This document shows, one piece after another, positions 13,577 to 28,546 of a stretch of 64,000 nt of DNA (position 1 is its first letter; every line of letters starts with the position of its first letter). The notes beneath the pieces are model-generated. The model was not told the DNA's origin and ran no database searches. It was given only the letters and a program-made list of their open reading frames with translations. The position numbers and the translations under genes are program-made. Location: assembly GCF_009914755.1 (NCBI RefSeq), contig NC_060928.1. One strand, written 5' to 3'. The stretch is from the human T2T-CHM13v2.0 reference genome, Homo sapiens.

Positions 13577-14816
13577 CCTTATAAAGGTAATGCTTTCCTT
13601 CCTTCTTTGCTTAGTTTTGGTGGCTAATGGCTCTGCCCCACAAATCCCCTGCCTCCCAAGAGAACTCTGCCAAGCCCATCAGACCCTACTCCTTCGGGCA
13701 CTGCCCAACATCCCCTCCTCAAAGCCCCCTCTGCCCTTTACACAACCAGCACCCAGGGCTCAGGAGCAACAGGTGACAGGAAACCCCTCAAGTAATGGCA
13801 GAGGCCCAAAAAGGAAAATTCTGGAGTGGTTAGGAACTTTGTCTCATTCTTTAGCTGTGATAGGTTAGTATCTGGTTTAGCCTAGGCAATAATAATAATA
13901 CACTTTTTCATCACTTACTGTGTGCCAAGCACTCACTAGTTTTATCTTACATAACTGACATAACAATGCTATGAGGCAGCTCAGCCATATTCTCTCTATA
14001 ATACCGATAAGGAAAGTAATTTAAAGATTTTTTTTCTCTCTGTACAACAGGCACTTTTATTAGTGGCTGGAATGCAGTTATCCACAAGAGTGCACAAACA
14101 AAATGGGAGAGGAGGATCAGGTAGGGCTGGCAGCTGGCAAGGGAAATGGGAGATACCTGGCTGGCGGGTTCTCTCTGTTTGAGATCCTGGGACAGTGCTA
14201 TCAAGTAAAGAGAAGAAGCCGGGGGCCTTGGGGTATTGCAGGTGGGAATGGAAAACCAGGTCCTCTGAGTTCAACAGGTTTGGCAAAAGGATCCCCAAGG
14301 TAAGATGTCCGGCCCCTCTACCCATCCATCCTCCAGAAAATCCCTTGGGTAGATTCAGTTTCTCTTACAAAGAGAACTGTGTTAGTAACTGGCAAAAGAA
14401 AGCAGAGGAGAAATTTGGCCCAAACTCTCCATCTAGCCGACAAGTTTCCATTCTAATTGGCACCCATTCATAAAGTCACTTGGAATAAACAAAATCTTAG
14501 TTTTTTGGGGGTACCCTTATTTTCTTAGATTTCACACTAGAGTACCAAAGTTGTACTTCTTTTTCTGAAGTGTCACTCATTTGAGGACTTATTTTCCCCA
14601 TTGGAAATTTTGCTACTTTGAGCAGTTTTATATTTGCCTCCTAACAGACACAAATAAATGAGTCACAGAAGCGAAAATGCAGGACCATAATCCCTTATCT
14701 GAAAACCTGGAAGTCAGATGTGCTTCAAAGTTCAAACCTTGTGATTTTAGGAAGGTAATGCAATGCATTTAGCGCACAACCTGTAACACTCAAATCAAAT
14801 TCATTAATATTATTCA

Positions 14817-15179
<363 letters not shown>

Positions 15180-15858
15180 TCAAGTTAAGTTTTACAACCT
15201 ACAGAGGGTATCAAAAGCCTACAAGAAAAACTTGTTTTCAGAGCTTTTTACATTTCAGAATTATCCATAAAGGATTACACACTTGCAAATGGCTCAAAAA
15301 CTAGAAGAAAACAAAATCAACCTGATAGTTACCAACCATGTACAAATTAAAACAATCAAGGTACCAATTTTTGCCTAACAAATTAGCGAATATGTTTTTC
15401 AGAGAAAATAACAAGAATATGAAATTGAGTCTTTTTGGCTATTGCTGTGAGAATGTAACCTGGGATGACCTTCAGATCAACACTGATGTCATCAATTGCC
15501 TCAAAAATGTGAACATCTTTGACCCTCAAAGTGCCTTTTCAGGAACCCATTTTCTGTGGAAGTCCTCTGATATTTAGGCAAAGTTTCATGCACAGAGGCA
15601 TTCATTGAAATGAGTTTTAAAACTCACTTAAAAATAATGAGCAACTGAAATCTCCCAAATAGATACATAGAAGTAAAATACAGTGAATCCATATAGTGGA
15701 ACAGTAGGCAGCCCTTTTTTGGGTGTATAGGGAAATAGAGAAACATTTCTGTGTAACATAAACTGAAAAAGTCATGATACAAAGTTATATTGCATTATGA
15801 ACCTATCCGAGTTAAAAATGCAATTAAAGAACCTATGCGAGTTAAGAACGCAATTACA

Positions 15859-16192
<334 letters not shown>

Positions 16193-16665
16193 CTAGTGCC
16201 TTGGAGTAATGGAATCAAGGGTGATTCTCGCTCCTTCCTCCCACAAACTTTAGATCTTTGGGGAAATTTTCCAAAAATACCTAGTGCACTGTATTTTAGC
16301 TAAAGGGAAATGAGAAAAGATGGCTTGGCTACTTAACTCCTATGCAACAGTAGCAAACTCTAATCTGAGGTGTCACTCTGGGCTTTTTAAAAATCCCTAT
16401 CATTGCAAAGCTATCACCACCTCCAGAATAAAAACTGTTTAATATATGTGGTCCACATTTATTTGACAGTTTAAATGACGTAATATAAATCAAGCCTAAT
16501 GCGCACTCTGGAGAAAAAATACTATATTTTTTAAAGATACACAGGATAAAAGATATATGCCACTTTGCCATTTACCCAGAACTTTCAGAGACGAGAGCTC
16601 AGTAAGACAGAGCAGCCAGTAGGACAGAGAGACAGGTGTTGGCACAATGCCCATTTTACAGGTGA

Positions 16666-17025
<360 letters not shown>

Positions 17026-18673
17026 TCCTTCTGATTTTTGACTTCAAGTCCAAGGCCCTGACTTAAGGCTTGGTGCTCTTTCCACCATAGCATCCCATGA
17101 CCTTGTTACTTACTGATTCTTTACAAATATGTTAGAATAAAAAGAATTTTCTTACTCAAAAAAATAGTTTAGTAATAATAAGCATGGACTTCAAAATCAA
17201 ACAGATCTGACTCAATGGACTCCATGACAAAATCCAGCTTACACATGAGTGACTTTTTCAACTTCTCTGAGGCTCAATTTCCTCATCTACAAACACAGGA
17301 ATAAAATTATGTATATAACTGACAGGAAATTCATTGTAAGAATGAAATGATCTAGGTATTTAGACTACCGCCTGCACACAAACCAGGTAATAATAAAAAT
17401 TGAATTCCTTTTTCCTAAAAGAGTAAAGTGTCTACAGTGTACTAACACCAAATTCTGATTTTAGTTTTTATAAATCACACCAGAATTATTAATATACCCG
17501 CTTTCAGCAGCACACCAAATCTTTACAACCACTTAAGTGTCCGAAATTATTAGGAACCACTCAACCTAATAGTTTATACCAATGACAATTTAATTTATTC
17601 TTTTTGTCAGCTTTAAATCATTTCTCTATTGTTTCAATAAGTCATTAAACTTCAACATTAGGGCCAAAGAATCATTTTTAAAGAAACAATAAAATCTGTT
17701 GTTTGTTCACTTGGGGCTTTGGTCTCTCACATTCAAATTCAACTCTTCAAATTTCCAAATAGATTCATTTCATTTCCATTTTTAGAGGGGGTAGGGGCAG
17801 GGAATTGACAGAGACTTCTCACATTTTTCATTTCCTTTTAAAATTAAATGTAGATATGGACTCCCAAGCTCCAAGGTGTGCTTTTTCAAAACTTTCCAAA
17901 CACTATATATTATGTGGATGTACAGCTTCGCAGCTACCTGGCTAAGAGAGACCCCAGAATTTAATAAAGCTTATCTTTAGTTTCTAAAAAGGAGTCAGAA
18001 TGCTGGAGGGAAGCCTGCAGCCCAAGGACAATGCATTTTTCATCTCACCAGCCCCAGGACCTCTTCCACCCACTCCTTACTCGAGGGCTATGCCCACTGT
18101 CTGAGAGAGAAACTAATAAACCTGAAGGTTGAGTAACCAGAGAACTTAAGGACATTAATAAGCCAAGACGTGGAAAATCATCCCTTTGGGTGCTTGTGGT
18201 ATATAGTTTCGAATGCTGCTGCTAAGAGACAAGTTTAATGAGATTCTTCTACTAGGAAGGAAGTGAAAAAGGCATTGCCACTACCCACCGTGAAGCTATC
18301 TGCCCTTCTTTTCTCTACTTGACAACTTCTGATAACCACATGCTTACAATTTTATGACGTTCTAAACTATCTTAGAATCTCAGCGAGATTGCAGAGGTTG
18401 ACTCATATTCTATTTTTCCTCTGCAGAGCAGTGGGGTACAGTGGAAAGGGAATGAACTTTGGAATCAAGCAGACTGGGTTATCCCAGATAAAGATACATA
18501 TAAAGGTACACACATACACAGACACCTCCTAGTGGTTCTGCTTCTCTGAATGCTGACTGGCACAGTACCTATGTGATGTTCAGCCAGTTGTTTAACCTCT
18601 CTTGCCTCAGTTGCCTTACTGGAAGTAAGTATTTCACAGGGTTATGAGCAATGAGTTTAAAAATGCCTATGAA

Positions 18674-19303
<630 letters not shown>

Positions 19304-19869
19304 TGCATACAAAGTACTCAACCCAAAGCCTGGCACACAGCAGGCACTCAACAGTATTTCCCATTCCTTTCCCTCTACTTCCCTATGCTCAAGGTACAAA
19401 CATTAACACCATCTTTGGTTGCAAGGGGATCAGATGTTGGCTGGTCAGAGCATCTTCTCTTTACACACGCCTCAAGATACTGGCAAATTTGTGCTCTGTA
19501 TCCTTTCCTTTTTAGACACCTGTTTCTTCTTCCGCATTAATTTTCATCAAAAAAAAAAAAAGGCTGTCATGCAATTAGATGAGAGCTTTCATCAGTCACA
19601 TTCTAGTCCTGAGACCTGGGTGTTGCTCAGAGGTCAAACCAAACACACACCCACTCTAGGGATGGATTTCTCCTGCTGATGATGGCTAATTACATGCATC
19701 ATGTGCTGAATTTTTAATAATTTTACTCCCAGATTAAACTCTTCCCCAGATTCTGTTGCAACTGACTCTAACCCTCTAATGAATGTCTCCAACCTCACAT
19801 CCAAGTGGAACCTGATTATGCACCTATGTGTCCCAGCAATCAAACGCAGGATGAAAATCAAAATGAACC

Positions 19870-20175
19870 AGCAGGGCATGGTGGCTCATGCCTGTAATAC
19901 CAGCACTTTGGGAGGCCGAGGCAGGAGGATCACTTGAGGTCGGGAGTTCGAGACCAGCCTGGCCAATATGGCAAAACCCCATCTCTACTAAAAATACAAA
20001 AATTAGCCGGGCATGGTGGCACATGCCTGTAATCCCAGCTGCTCAGAAGGCTGAGGCAGGAGAATCACTTGAACCAGAGAGCTGGAGGTTGCAGTGAGCC
20101 GAGGTTGTGCCACTGCACTCCAGTCTGGGTGACAAAATGAGCCCCTGTATCAAAATAAGGAAAAGAAAAAAAAAA
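19870..20175 (+). mobile_element. AluS
   Basis: Full Alu body and A tail. Confidence 0.92.
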
Positions 20176-20489
20176 TTGTCCCATCCAGTAAAACATGTCA
20201 CTAGCTGCCATTTCCCCAGGTGGATGGCTAACGGAAATACGGGCCTGCTAAAAAGACTCAGGAGACAATATTATCCATCTCCTTCCCTTCCAACCTGCTC
20301 TGGTTTCTATGAAAAAGTGAAGGCCAAACTGCTAAGTCAGTGTAAAAGTTGTAAGCGACTGAAATGTTCTCAGGAGGAAGAGTTTATGGATGTTTATGGA
20401 GGAGACAGTCACTGTTGAAAGGCTTCCAGTTGCTTATTATTTGGGCCTGAGGAGGAACCACCCCTGAAATCAAGCTTGGAAGAGCTTGC

Positions 20490-20497
20490 TGACGTCA
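20490..20497. promoter_or_regulatory. Full palindromic CRE (TGACGTCA)
   Basis: Exact CREB/ATF site within a CTGACGTCAG palindrome, ~0.9 kb into intron 1. Confidence 0.5.
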
Positions 20498-20969
20498 GAT
20501 TCCCAGCTGTAGTAACCCCAAATGGCCAAGTAAGTATGTTTTTTTTTTAACTGCAGCTGTTAGGTGGCAATTAAGAGGGGAAGCGGTGGTAAGGAATCCC
20601 TAGTGTCTGTAATTATAAAAGCAAGGATGTGACATAGGACTTCCATAAAACTTACACCTCCTCTTAAGATTGATTTCAATTAAAAACTGCTTCATCGTTG
20701 GTGACACTTTAGCATCTCTGTTGGTGGCTTCCTGCCCTGACCACACAAGGTTCCTTTCGTGACGACAGGAATCAACAAAAAGAAGAAAAAAATGTAAGTT
20801 TACCAACGCGCCTTCCCTTTTTCCGAGCCTGATTTATACAGGATATATGGGAAGAAATGTGGACTCCTTGACCTGTTACAAGAATCCATCAACCACCCAA
20901 ATAAATGGAAACGTGGAAAGAGATTCAAAGTCCTCCAGGTTTTAGGATATTTTAAGGTATTTAAAAGGG

Positions 20970-22250
20970 AGAAGGAGGCGCCGACAGCGCACCCGGTGCT
21001 CTGTGTCACGATCTTCCGCTCGCGGCGCCTTTGAGGACAAGGGCGGCGGGAAACGGGTCCGCGGGGTTCCGAGGCGAGCGGCCGTGGAGGAAGCGCCCCC
21101 GAAGAAGGCCTGGTCCCTACGCCCCGCACAGCCCAGGGCTGGGGAACACAGATCCTCGGAGGAGGCCCCAGGGAGGGAAGGCGGGAGCGGGGCCCGCGGG
21201 AGGGGAGGGACGGGAGCCGTTGCCACGCACCGCGCCCTGCCCGGACCGCCGCGGGACAGCCAGTTGTTCAGTGCCGGGATCCCGCGGCTGTGCCAGAAAG
21301 CAGGACGCCGCGGGGCTGCCGTCCCGACCCCTCGCTTCCTTCCGCGCTCCCGGGACCGGGCTCAGCACCCGGCGCCCCGGCTACGACCGGACACTCACCC
21401 GGAGCCACCAGCGGCGAACTCACGGCGCCTCCCACGAAGACAGCAGCGGCTAGGACGGCGGACCCCGGGAGTGCCCGCGGAGCCATCGCCGCGTCGCTTC
21501 GCCCTCCTCCCCCAGGGCGCCGCGTCCCGCGCTCGGGAAGGCAGAGCCGCTCCGGAGCCGGCGGGCTGATCGAGTGGCTGGGCTGGGCCCCAGGGAGCGG
21601 CGAACCCCGCCCCGCCATTGCCCCGCCCCACGCCACACCCACCTCGGCTCGGTCCCGCCTCTCCCCGCGCGCCCCGGGCTCCACCTAAGCCGGCACGAGG
21701 TCCACTCATGGCTCCGCCCCCGACTCCCCGCCCACCTCAGCCTGATCCCGCCTCTCCCTGCCATTCCCGCTTCCTTTCCAAACCCGGCAGCAGCCTCAGC
21801 GGCGTAGCTAGGCCATGGACACGCCCTCTTTCTCCACCCACCTCAGCTTGGCCCCGCCTCTCCCTACCGAGCCCCGGACTCCACCTAAGAAGGCACGTGG
21901 CCCATCCATGGCCCCGCCCTTTTCCCCACCCACAGCTCAGCCCGACCCCTCCTCTCCCGCTTCCTTTCCAAACCCAGCAGCAGCCTTGGCGGCGCAGTTA
22001 GGCTATAGCCCCGCCCTTGCGCCCTGCCCACCGTGGCCCGGCCGTGCCTCTACTTGCCAGGCCCGCTTCCTTTCCAAGCCGGGCCGGGATTACGCGGGAG
22101 CCCGGGGCGGGGGGAGGGTCGCCCGGGTGCAACCTCCCTCTGTCGCTGGGACTAGGCGGGCGTGGGAAGAGAAAGAGGGAGCGCGCCCCGAGAAGCACTG
22201 GACAGTCAGAAGCGGCCAGCACTGGAGTGAGCACAGGCTTTTTTCGCTGT
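20970..22250. promoter_or_regulatory. CpG island / RELL1 promoter with multiple GC boxes (Sp/KLF)
   Basis: Very GC- and CpG-rich non-repeat DNA around exon 1. CCCCGCCC-type boxes near 21605, 21621, 21713, 21726, 21912 and 22009; no TATA box seen. Confidence 0.9.
21399..21486 (-). CDS. RELL1: RELL1 (RELT-like protein 1) first coding exon, 88 nt (29 codons + 1 nt), hydrophobic signal-peptide-like N-terminus
   Basis: ATG at 21486-21484 in strong context (GCGATGG). Translation MAPRALPGSAVLAAAVFVGGAVSSPLVAP matches the human RELL1 N-terminus as I recall it. Followed by canonical donor G|GTGAGT (plus-strand actcac 21393-21398), phase 1. Confidence 0.93.
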
Positions 22251-23284
22251 TGGCATGTCTATCCACTAGCATTCCCCTCGGTTGCAGATCTAGGGAGTGA
22301 TGCTGTGCTGGATGTCACGTTCTGTTGTTTGGAAATTAGCAGAAAAGATAACTTAAATTTCTTCCTCTGTTTGTTTGCATTTAAGCTGCTCCTATTGGGG
22401 AAAATACCTCTATGCATTTTCAGGAACAACTTGCCTTTTTTTTTTAATCGTGTGCTTGTATTGCACCTTGCGCATACTCCCGCAAAGTAGGTCTTTCAAT
22501 GCCCAGACGCTTATTATCTCCTCACATCCTCACATCAGCTCTGCGAGGTGACTATTAGAGGCCAGGGAGTAAACCCACGATGTCTGGGCCACCATGATAA
22601 ATTGTAATTATCTCATTGTCATTGTGTTTGCTCGCTGCTGTGCCCTCAGCGCCTGGATGGAGGACAGACAGCACACGCTAAGAGGTCAGAAGTGTTTTCT
22701 GAAGTTGAATCATCTTCACAAGCATTAATAGGACTCAGAGGCTCTCTCTGAATAGTTCCTTTTTACTGCCCTGTAGAGACTGTTGTTACTGGGCCATCAA
22801 GCATTTGCTTGAAGGAAATTAGGGCAGGACTTGAGCAAATACTCAACACCAGCAAGAAGAGGGGGTGCATGGAGGCTGTGGGTTTTCACAGGATGGGTCT
22901 CATCCTTGAGGTGACTGATAACCTCTAGTTTTCAGAGGACTATTTATTCTCTCACCGAGTCCTCCACGCAGTCTGCTGGACTATTATTACAAACATTGCA
23001 TTGATGTGGGAATTGCCAGTGACAGAAGCTCAGGCCACTACAGTACAGATGGCTGAGGCTGAAGGATGGAGCCCCTGCCCTTTGAAGCCCAAGGAGGGCA
23101 CTGCGCGTCCTGCGCTCAGTTGGCAGCGCATCCTACAGTCTGGCAGTCTTAGCAGGCAGCCTTTGCTAGTTTTATATCAACATAAACATTGAGAATGTGT
23201 GCGGAGGAAAGCGATCCATGTGGATTTCTAACTAAAACAGGAGAGAATCCCGGACCTAGAAATTAAACTATAAATTAGAAGTTG

Positions 23285-23458
23285 TAGCCAGAACCAGCTA
23301 TAAAATTTGCAGGGCACAATGCAGAATGAAAAGGCAGGGCCTTCTGTTCAAAAATCGTTAAGAATTTCAAGATGGCAACAACACAACATTAAATCGATTG
23401 TGGAGCCCTCCTAAACACACAGTTGCACAGGTCACACACTTATAAAGCCAGCTCTGGT
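23285..23458. mobile_element. MER45-like DNA transposon relic
   Basis: cagaaccagctataaaatttgcagggcacaatgcagaatgaaaa...cacaggtcacacacttataaagccagctctg, with short inverted termini. Confidence 0.6.
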
Positions 23459-23593
23459 TTTGTAAGTTAGAATGTAACAAAATGCTTGAATCAAGAAATC
23501 TAATCAAAATGTAAAATGTCATTTCAAAATTGAATCATGTTTCACTCTTTTCCCACAGATTGGACTTAGTATTAAAAAGATGGGATCGTTTTT

Positions 23594-23955
<362 letters not shown>

Positions 23956-24187
23956 TCAAATATAAAAATCTAGTACTTAAGCCTTACCCATTATCTACCA
24001 GGCCCTTTGTTTTACAGATGAGAGATGGTTAAGTGATCTGCCTGACATATCTACTATGAGCCAGGGTTGAAACCCAGGGCTCTGAAATTTCTCTTCCTAA
24101 ACTTTCCATAACACCTGCTTGACACACTCTCTATAAATGTCTTACTTTCACGTACCCCGTATACATGCATTTGTATGTCTTGTTAAA

Positions 24188-24270
24188 GGAATGAAGGAAG
24201 GGTAGGAGGAAGAGAGGGGGAGGGACGGAGGAAAGTGAAGAAGGGAAGGAGAGAGGAAAGAAAGAAAATC
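24188..24270 (+). repeat. GA-rich polypurine low-complexity tract
   Basis: ggaatgaaggaagggtaggaggaagagagggggagggacggagg...gaaagaaagaaaa. Confidence 0.7.
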
Positions 24271-25434
24271 AAGCTTAAATTATTTTCCATATCCTTAACC
24301 CTACAGATTTATTCATACAATTTAAATAGCTTCTACATATGTATATCTAAAAATCCACTGTTTTATTTTAAAAGTAAGAACCCCAATGTAATGGAACTTC
24401 TATTCTCTATTATGAAGGGAATGTCATATTTCTTCTGAGGACATAAAATGGAAATCTTAAAACTAAGTTGTATTTCCATTTTTTCAGAAACAAAAGTAGA
24501 GTTTTAATAATTCTTAAGAATAACTGTCATTAATTAAAAACAATAATCCTCATTCTGCCCTTAGATTTAGCCCAATCCTATGGTGGGAACTCTTTTTGTA
24601 TTCTTTCATCAATTCCTCACAATGATTTTATATTTAGGGAATCATTGTTAACACTCCTCACTTCAAAGCTGAGGGATTAGGGCATTTACCTGAGTCACAT
24701 GGCCTCTCCCTGGCACCACCAGGATGCAAATCCAGGATCAGCTCCCTTGGGCCCACACTTGCAACCTCCTCTTGCACTATTCTGCCTCTGAAATGCAGAA
24801 CTCTAGCCAACTAGCTCCTCTTTTGCAATCTAAAGTATTGTTCTCATATTCCTTCATTGCATGTTTAACCTAGCCTTTTTGAACTCTGTTTCAACAATTG
24901 CTTACATATTTTTCCTCAGTGAGAATAATTTATTGATTGATGGGAATGGATTAAAAATCAGAGTGTATAGGATCAAATTTACAAACATATACAATGTGAT
25001 GTCCTTTCTGATTTTCATTGTTTTCAGTTTCTCTGTAAGGATTCAGTTAATCATTCCCCTTAGTAGAAACCTTTCCTGTTTTCCTCTGAACTGCTAAGCT
25101 GGTGATTTTCATCACCATCATTTAAATGCATAAGCCTCACTAGGCTGGTATTTACTCTAATTAATGTTGAACATGCTTCCGCAGAAGGCCTCTGTAGGAT
25201 TTCTTTTGTGATTTAGATGTACTCATCTCTCTTTTTGAGAGGTTATATGCAGGAGATAAGCTTACATTTCTTTTTAAAAAATATGTCTGAAGGGGAATAA
25301 AATATTTTACACAATCTGGGGCTATTTTGATATGACAACAGATATGTGCTGTGTTCCTAGTACTGGGCTGAGCATGAGGGGTTGGAGGGGAGAGTCACTA
25401 CAAGCTTAAGAAAAAGATTCTAACTTTGCTTTTA

Positions 25435-25940
<506 letters not shown>

Positions 25941-25992
25941 CTATACCATAATGAGTAATCAAATGATAGGGGTGCTAAGTCAGGCTAGACTG

Positions 25993-26201
25993 CAAGGTTT
26001 CTCAACACTGTGGACATTGTTGGTCCAGTAATTCTTTGTTGTGGGGGACTGTTGTGTGCACTGTAAGATGTCTAGCTACAATCCTTGACCTTTACTGACT
26101 ACATGCCAGTAGCTCCCACCCCAGCTGTGACAACCAAACATATCTCCAGATATTACCAAATGACTCTAGGGAACAAAATCACACCCAGTTGATAACCACT
26201 G
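25993..26201. mobile_element. MER20 (hAT-Charlie)
   Basis: caaggtttctcaac...gtgggggactgttgtgtgcactgtaagatg...gtgacaaccaaa...cagttgataaccactg with TIR-like ends. Confidence 0.85.
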
Positions 26202-26603
26202 AGCTGGAGAAATCCCAAGAAGATCAAAAGAATTGTACTGGAAGCTCTTGAGCAAGGTTTCATGAAAGAGGTGCATCTTGAGCTGGGTCTTAAAGGACTG
26301 GGATTGATGGAGAGATGAGAAATGTGTATGAATGTATGTACAGTAAAAGAATTTGCATGGTACAGACTGCAGACTGCACAGTCATACATATGCATGAGGA
26401 AAAGAGGAGGATGGGTCAGCAATAACTGTGGGTCACAGCCAAGCATAACAGTCGACAAAAGGAGAATGGAGAGCTTCGATTGCCCAGGAATTTGTCATAC
26501 TTTATAATAAATAATTTTATCGCCAAAATAGATTTTTTAAGGGATAATGAGAATAATTTCCATTGTTCAATTAAATGTATTCCATCATAAATTAGGAAGC
26601 CTC

Positions 26604-26729
26604 AGCTGGGTGCAGTGGCTCACTCCTGTAATCCCAGCACTTGGAAGTCCAAGGCAGGAGGATAGCTTAAGGCCAGGAGTCTGAAACCAACCTGGACAAC
26701 ATAGCAAGACCCTATCTAAAAAAAAAAAA
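26604..26729 (+). mobile_element. Alu left monomer (FLAM-like)
   Basis: Single Alu arm plus poly(A); degenerate TSD gaagc(c/t)tcag. Confidence 0.85.
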
Positions 26730-27524
26730 GAAGCTTCAGAAAAGTAAAAATCAGAGGAATCTAATCGATAGCAATGGTGTTCCTAATCTCTGTCCAATTA
26801 CCTGGATCACCACATTGAGTTATGTTTCATGGGCACATGGTCTCCCAAAAATTACAAATAAGTGATTCAGACCATTTGCGACCACAGCCTCAAAATCAGG
26901 TGCATATAACACTGATACAGTTGTTCTCAGTAAAGAGCAAGAGAGAATTACAGTAAGAAACTGTGTGGTTGGGACCAGTGAAACCCACAAATATACATTT
27001 CAGAGGATAAACTATTAAGTGCATAGTGTTTGTCTTAGACAAGCCTCCTTTTGATCACAACCAACAGAAACCTTAACAGTAAATGTAGTATAAGGATAAA
27101 GCACTCTCACAGATATAAAGAAGGCCAGGCCTGAAGCCCTCAAGCCAAGACCTCCCATGGCTGCCTCAACCCACACCCCACTCAGCATGACTTCCACAAA
27201 CTGGCTATAGATCGGCTTCCCTCAACTCAGGAGAATATGGGGCTGCCCAGCCAGGGACTCTGAGTTTAACTGTTCACCCTAGACAAGGATGTCGGACATG
27301 GTCCTCTGCTGACTGATAGGTTCTATATAGGAAAGTATCATGGAAGCCAGTAGAATCTATCAAGAGTTTTCTGGGGAAAGAAGTGATCATCAATGTCAGA
27401 TGTATTGAGGAGTTTAGTAAAATAAGGACCAAAAAGTTACCCAGCAAATCAGGCAATGTGGAGTTACCTGAAGACCCTTGTGGAAGAACATTAAGCTGCA
27501 TGATAGAGATGGAGCCCACCTGAA

Positions 27525-27800
27525 AGGCCAAGGTGGGAGGATCACTTGAGCCCAGGAGTCTGAGACCAGCCTGGGAAACATGGTGAAACCCCAACTCTAC
27601 AAAAAGTACAAAAATTAGCTGGGCATCGTGGTGTACACCTGTATTCCCAGCTACTCAGGAGGCTGAGGTGGGAGGATTGCCTGAGCCCAGGGAGGTCGGG
27701 GCTGCAGTGAGCCATGCTCATGCCACTGCACTCCAGCCTGGGTGATAGAGTGAGACCTTGTCTCAAAAAAAAAAAAAAAGAAAAAAAAGAAAAGAGAAAA
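27525..27800 (+). mobile_element. AluJ, 5'-truncated
   Basis: ggccaaggtgggaggatcacttgagcccagg...gagaccttgtctc plus A-rich tail. Confidence 0.9.
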
Positions 27801-28151
27801 GAGAATTCTCTTTCCAGAAACTTGGCTGAAAGAGAACAGAGAAAAAGTCATACGGAGGACCTTGGCAGTCAAGAGAAGGTTTTTATGGATTGAAGTCAAT
27901 TTTATGGGACAATTGGAAAGCACATGGAGAGAAATATGTGAAGAAATCAGAACAAGGAGAATAACTAATGTAGCAAGATTGAGAGGAACTCAATGATAGG
28001 ATCAAAAGCATAGGAGTTGTTGACTTCAGACAAAGACAAACATTTGATGCTCTGAAATGGAAGGGAGAGGCAAAAGAAGGGCACACAGGTATAGATTTGT
28101 AGGTGGGAAACAGAAAGTTGAGAAAGTTCACATTAATAGAGGCAAAATCAT

Positions 28152-28546
28152 TGCTATGATTTGAATGTCCCAGCCAAAATTTATGTTAAAATTTAGTTGC
28201 CATTGTGATGGTATTAAGAAGTGGGACCTTTAAGAGGTGATCAGATTGTGAGGGCTCTGCCCTTAATAATAGATTAAGGCCTTTATCTCAGGAGTGGGTT
28301 AGTTATTGAGGGAGTGGGTTCCAGATAAAAAGGATGAATTCTGCCCAGTTTCCACTCTGTCTCCTGTGTTCACTTACCTTCTGCTTTCTGCCATGGGATA
28401 ATGCAACATGAAGGCCCTCACCAGATGCTGGCGCCATGCTCTTGGACTTCCCAGTCTCCAGAACTGTGAGACAAATAAATTTCTATTGTTTAGAAATCAG
28501 CCACTCTATGGTATTCTGTTATAGAAGCTGAAAATGGACTAAGGCA
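28152..28546 (+). mobile_element. MST-type MaLR solo LTR
   Basis: tgctatgatttgaatgtccc...aggccctcaccagatgctggcgccatgctcttggacttcccag...aaatggactaaggca. Confidence 0.85.

Noticed and set aside
20524-20536. Plus-strand donor-like CAA|GTAAGT suggesting an antisense exon
   Set aside because: No supporting acceptor, promoter or ORF identifiable; such hexamers are common by chance.
20800-22490. Many overlapping 100-190 aa ORFs
   Set aside because: Expected stop-codon scarcity in a GC-rich CpG island; only the 88-nt RELL1 exon has protein-level support and a splice donor.
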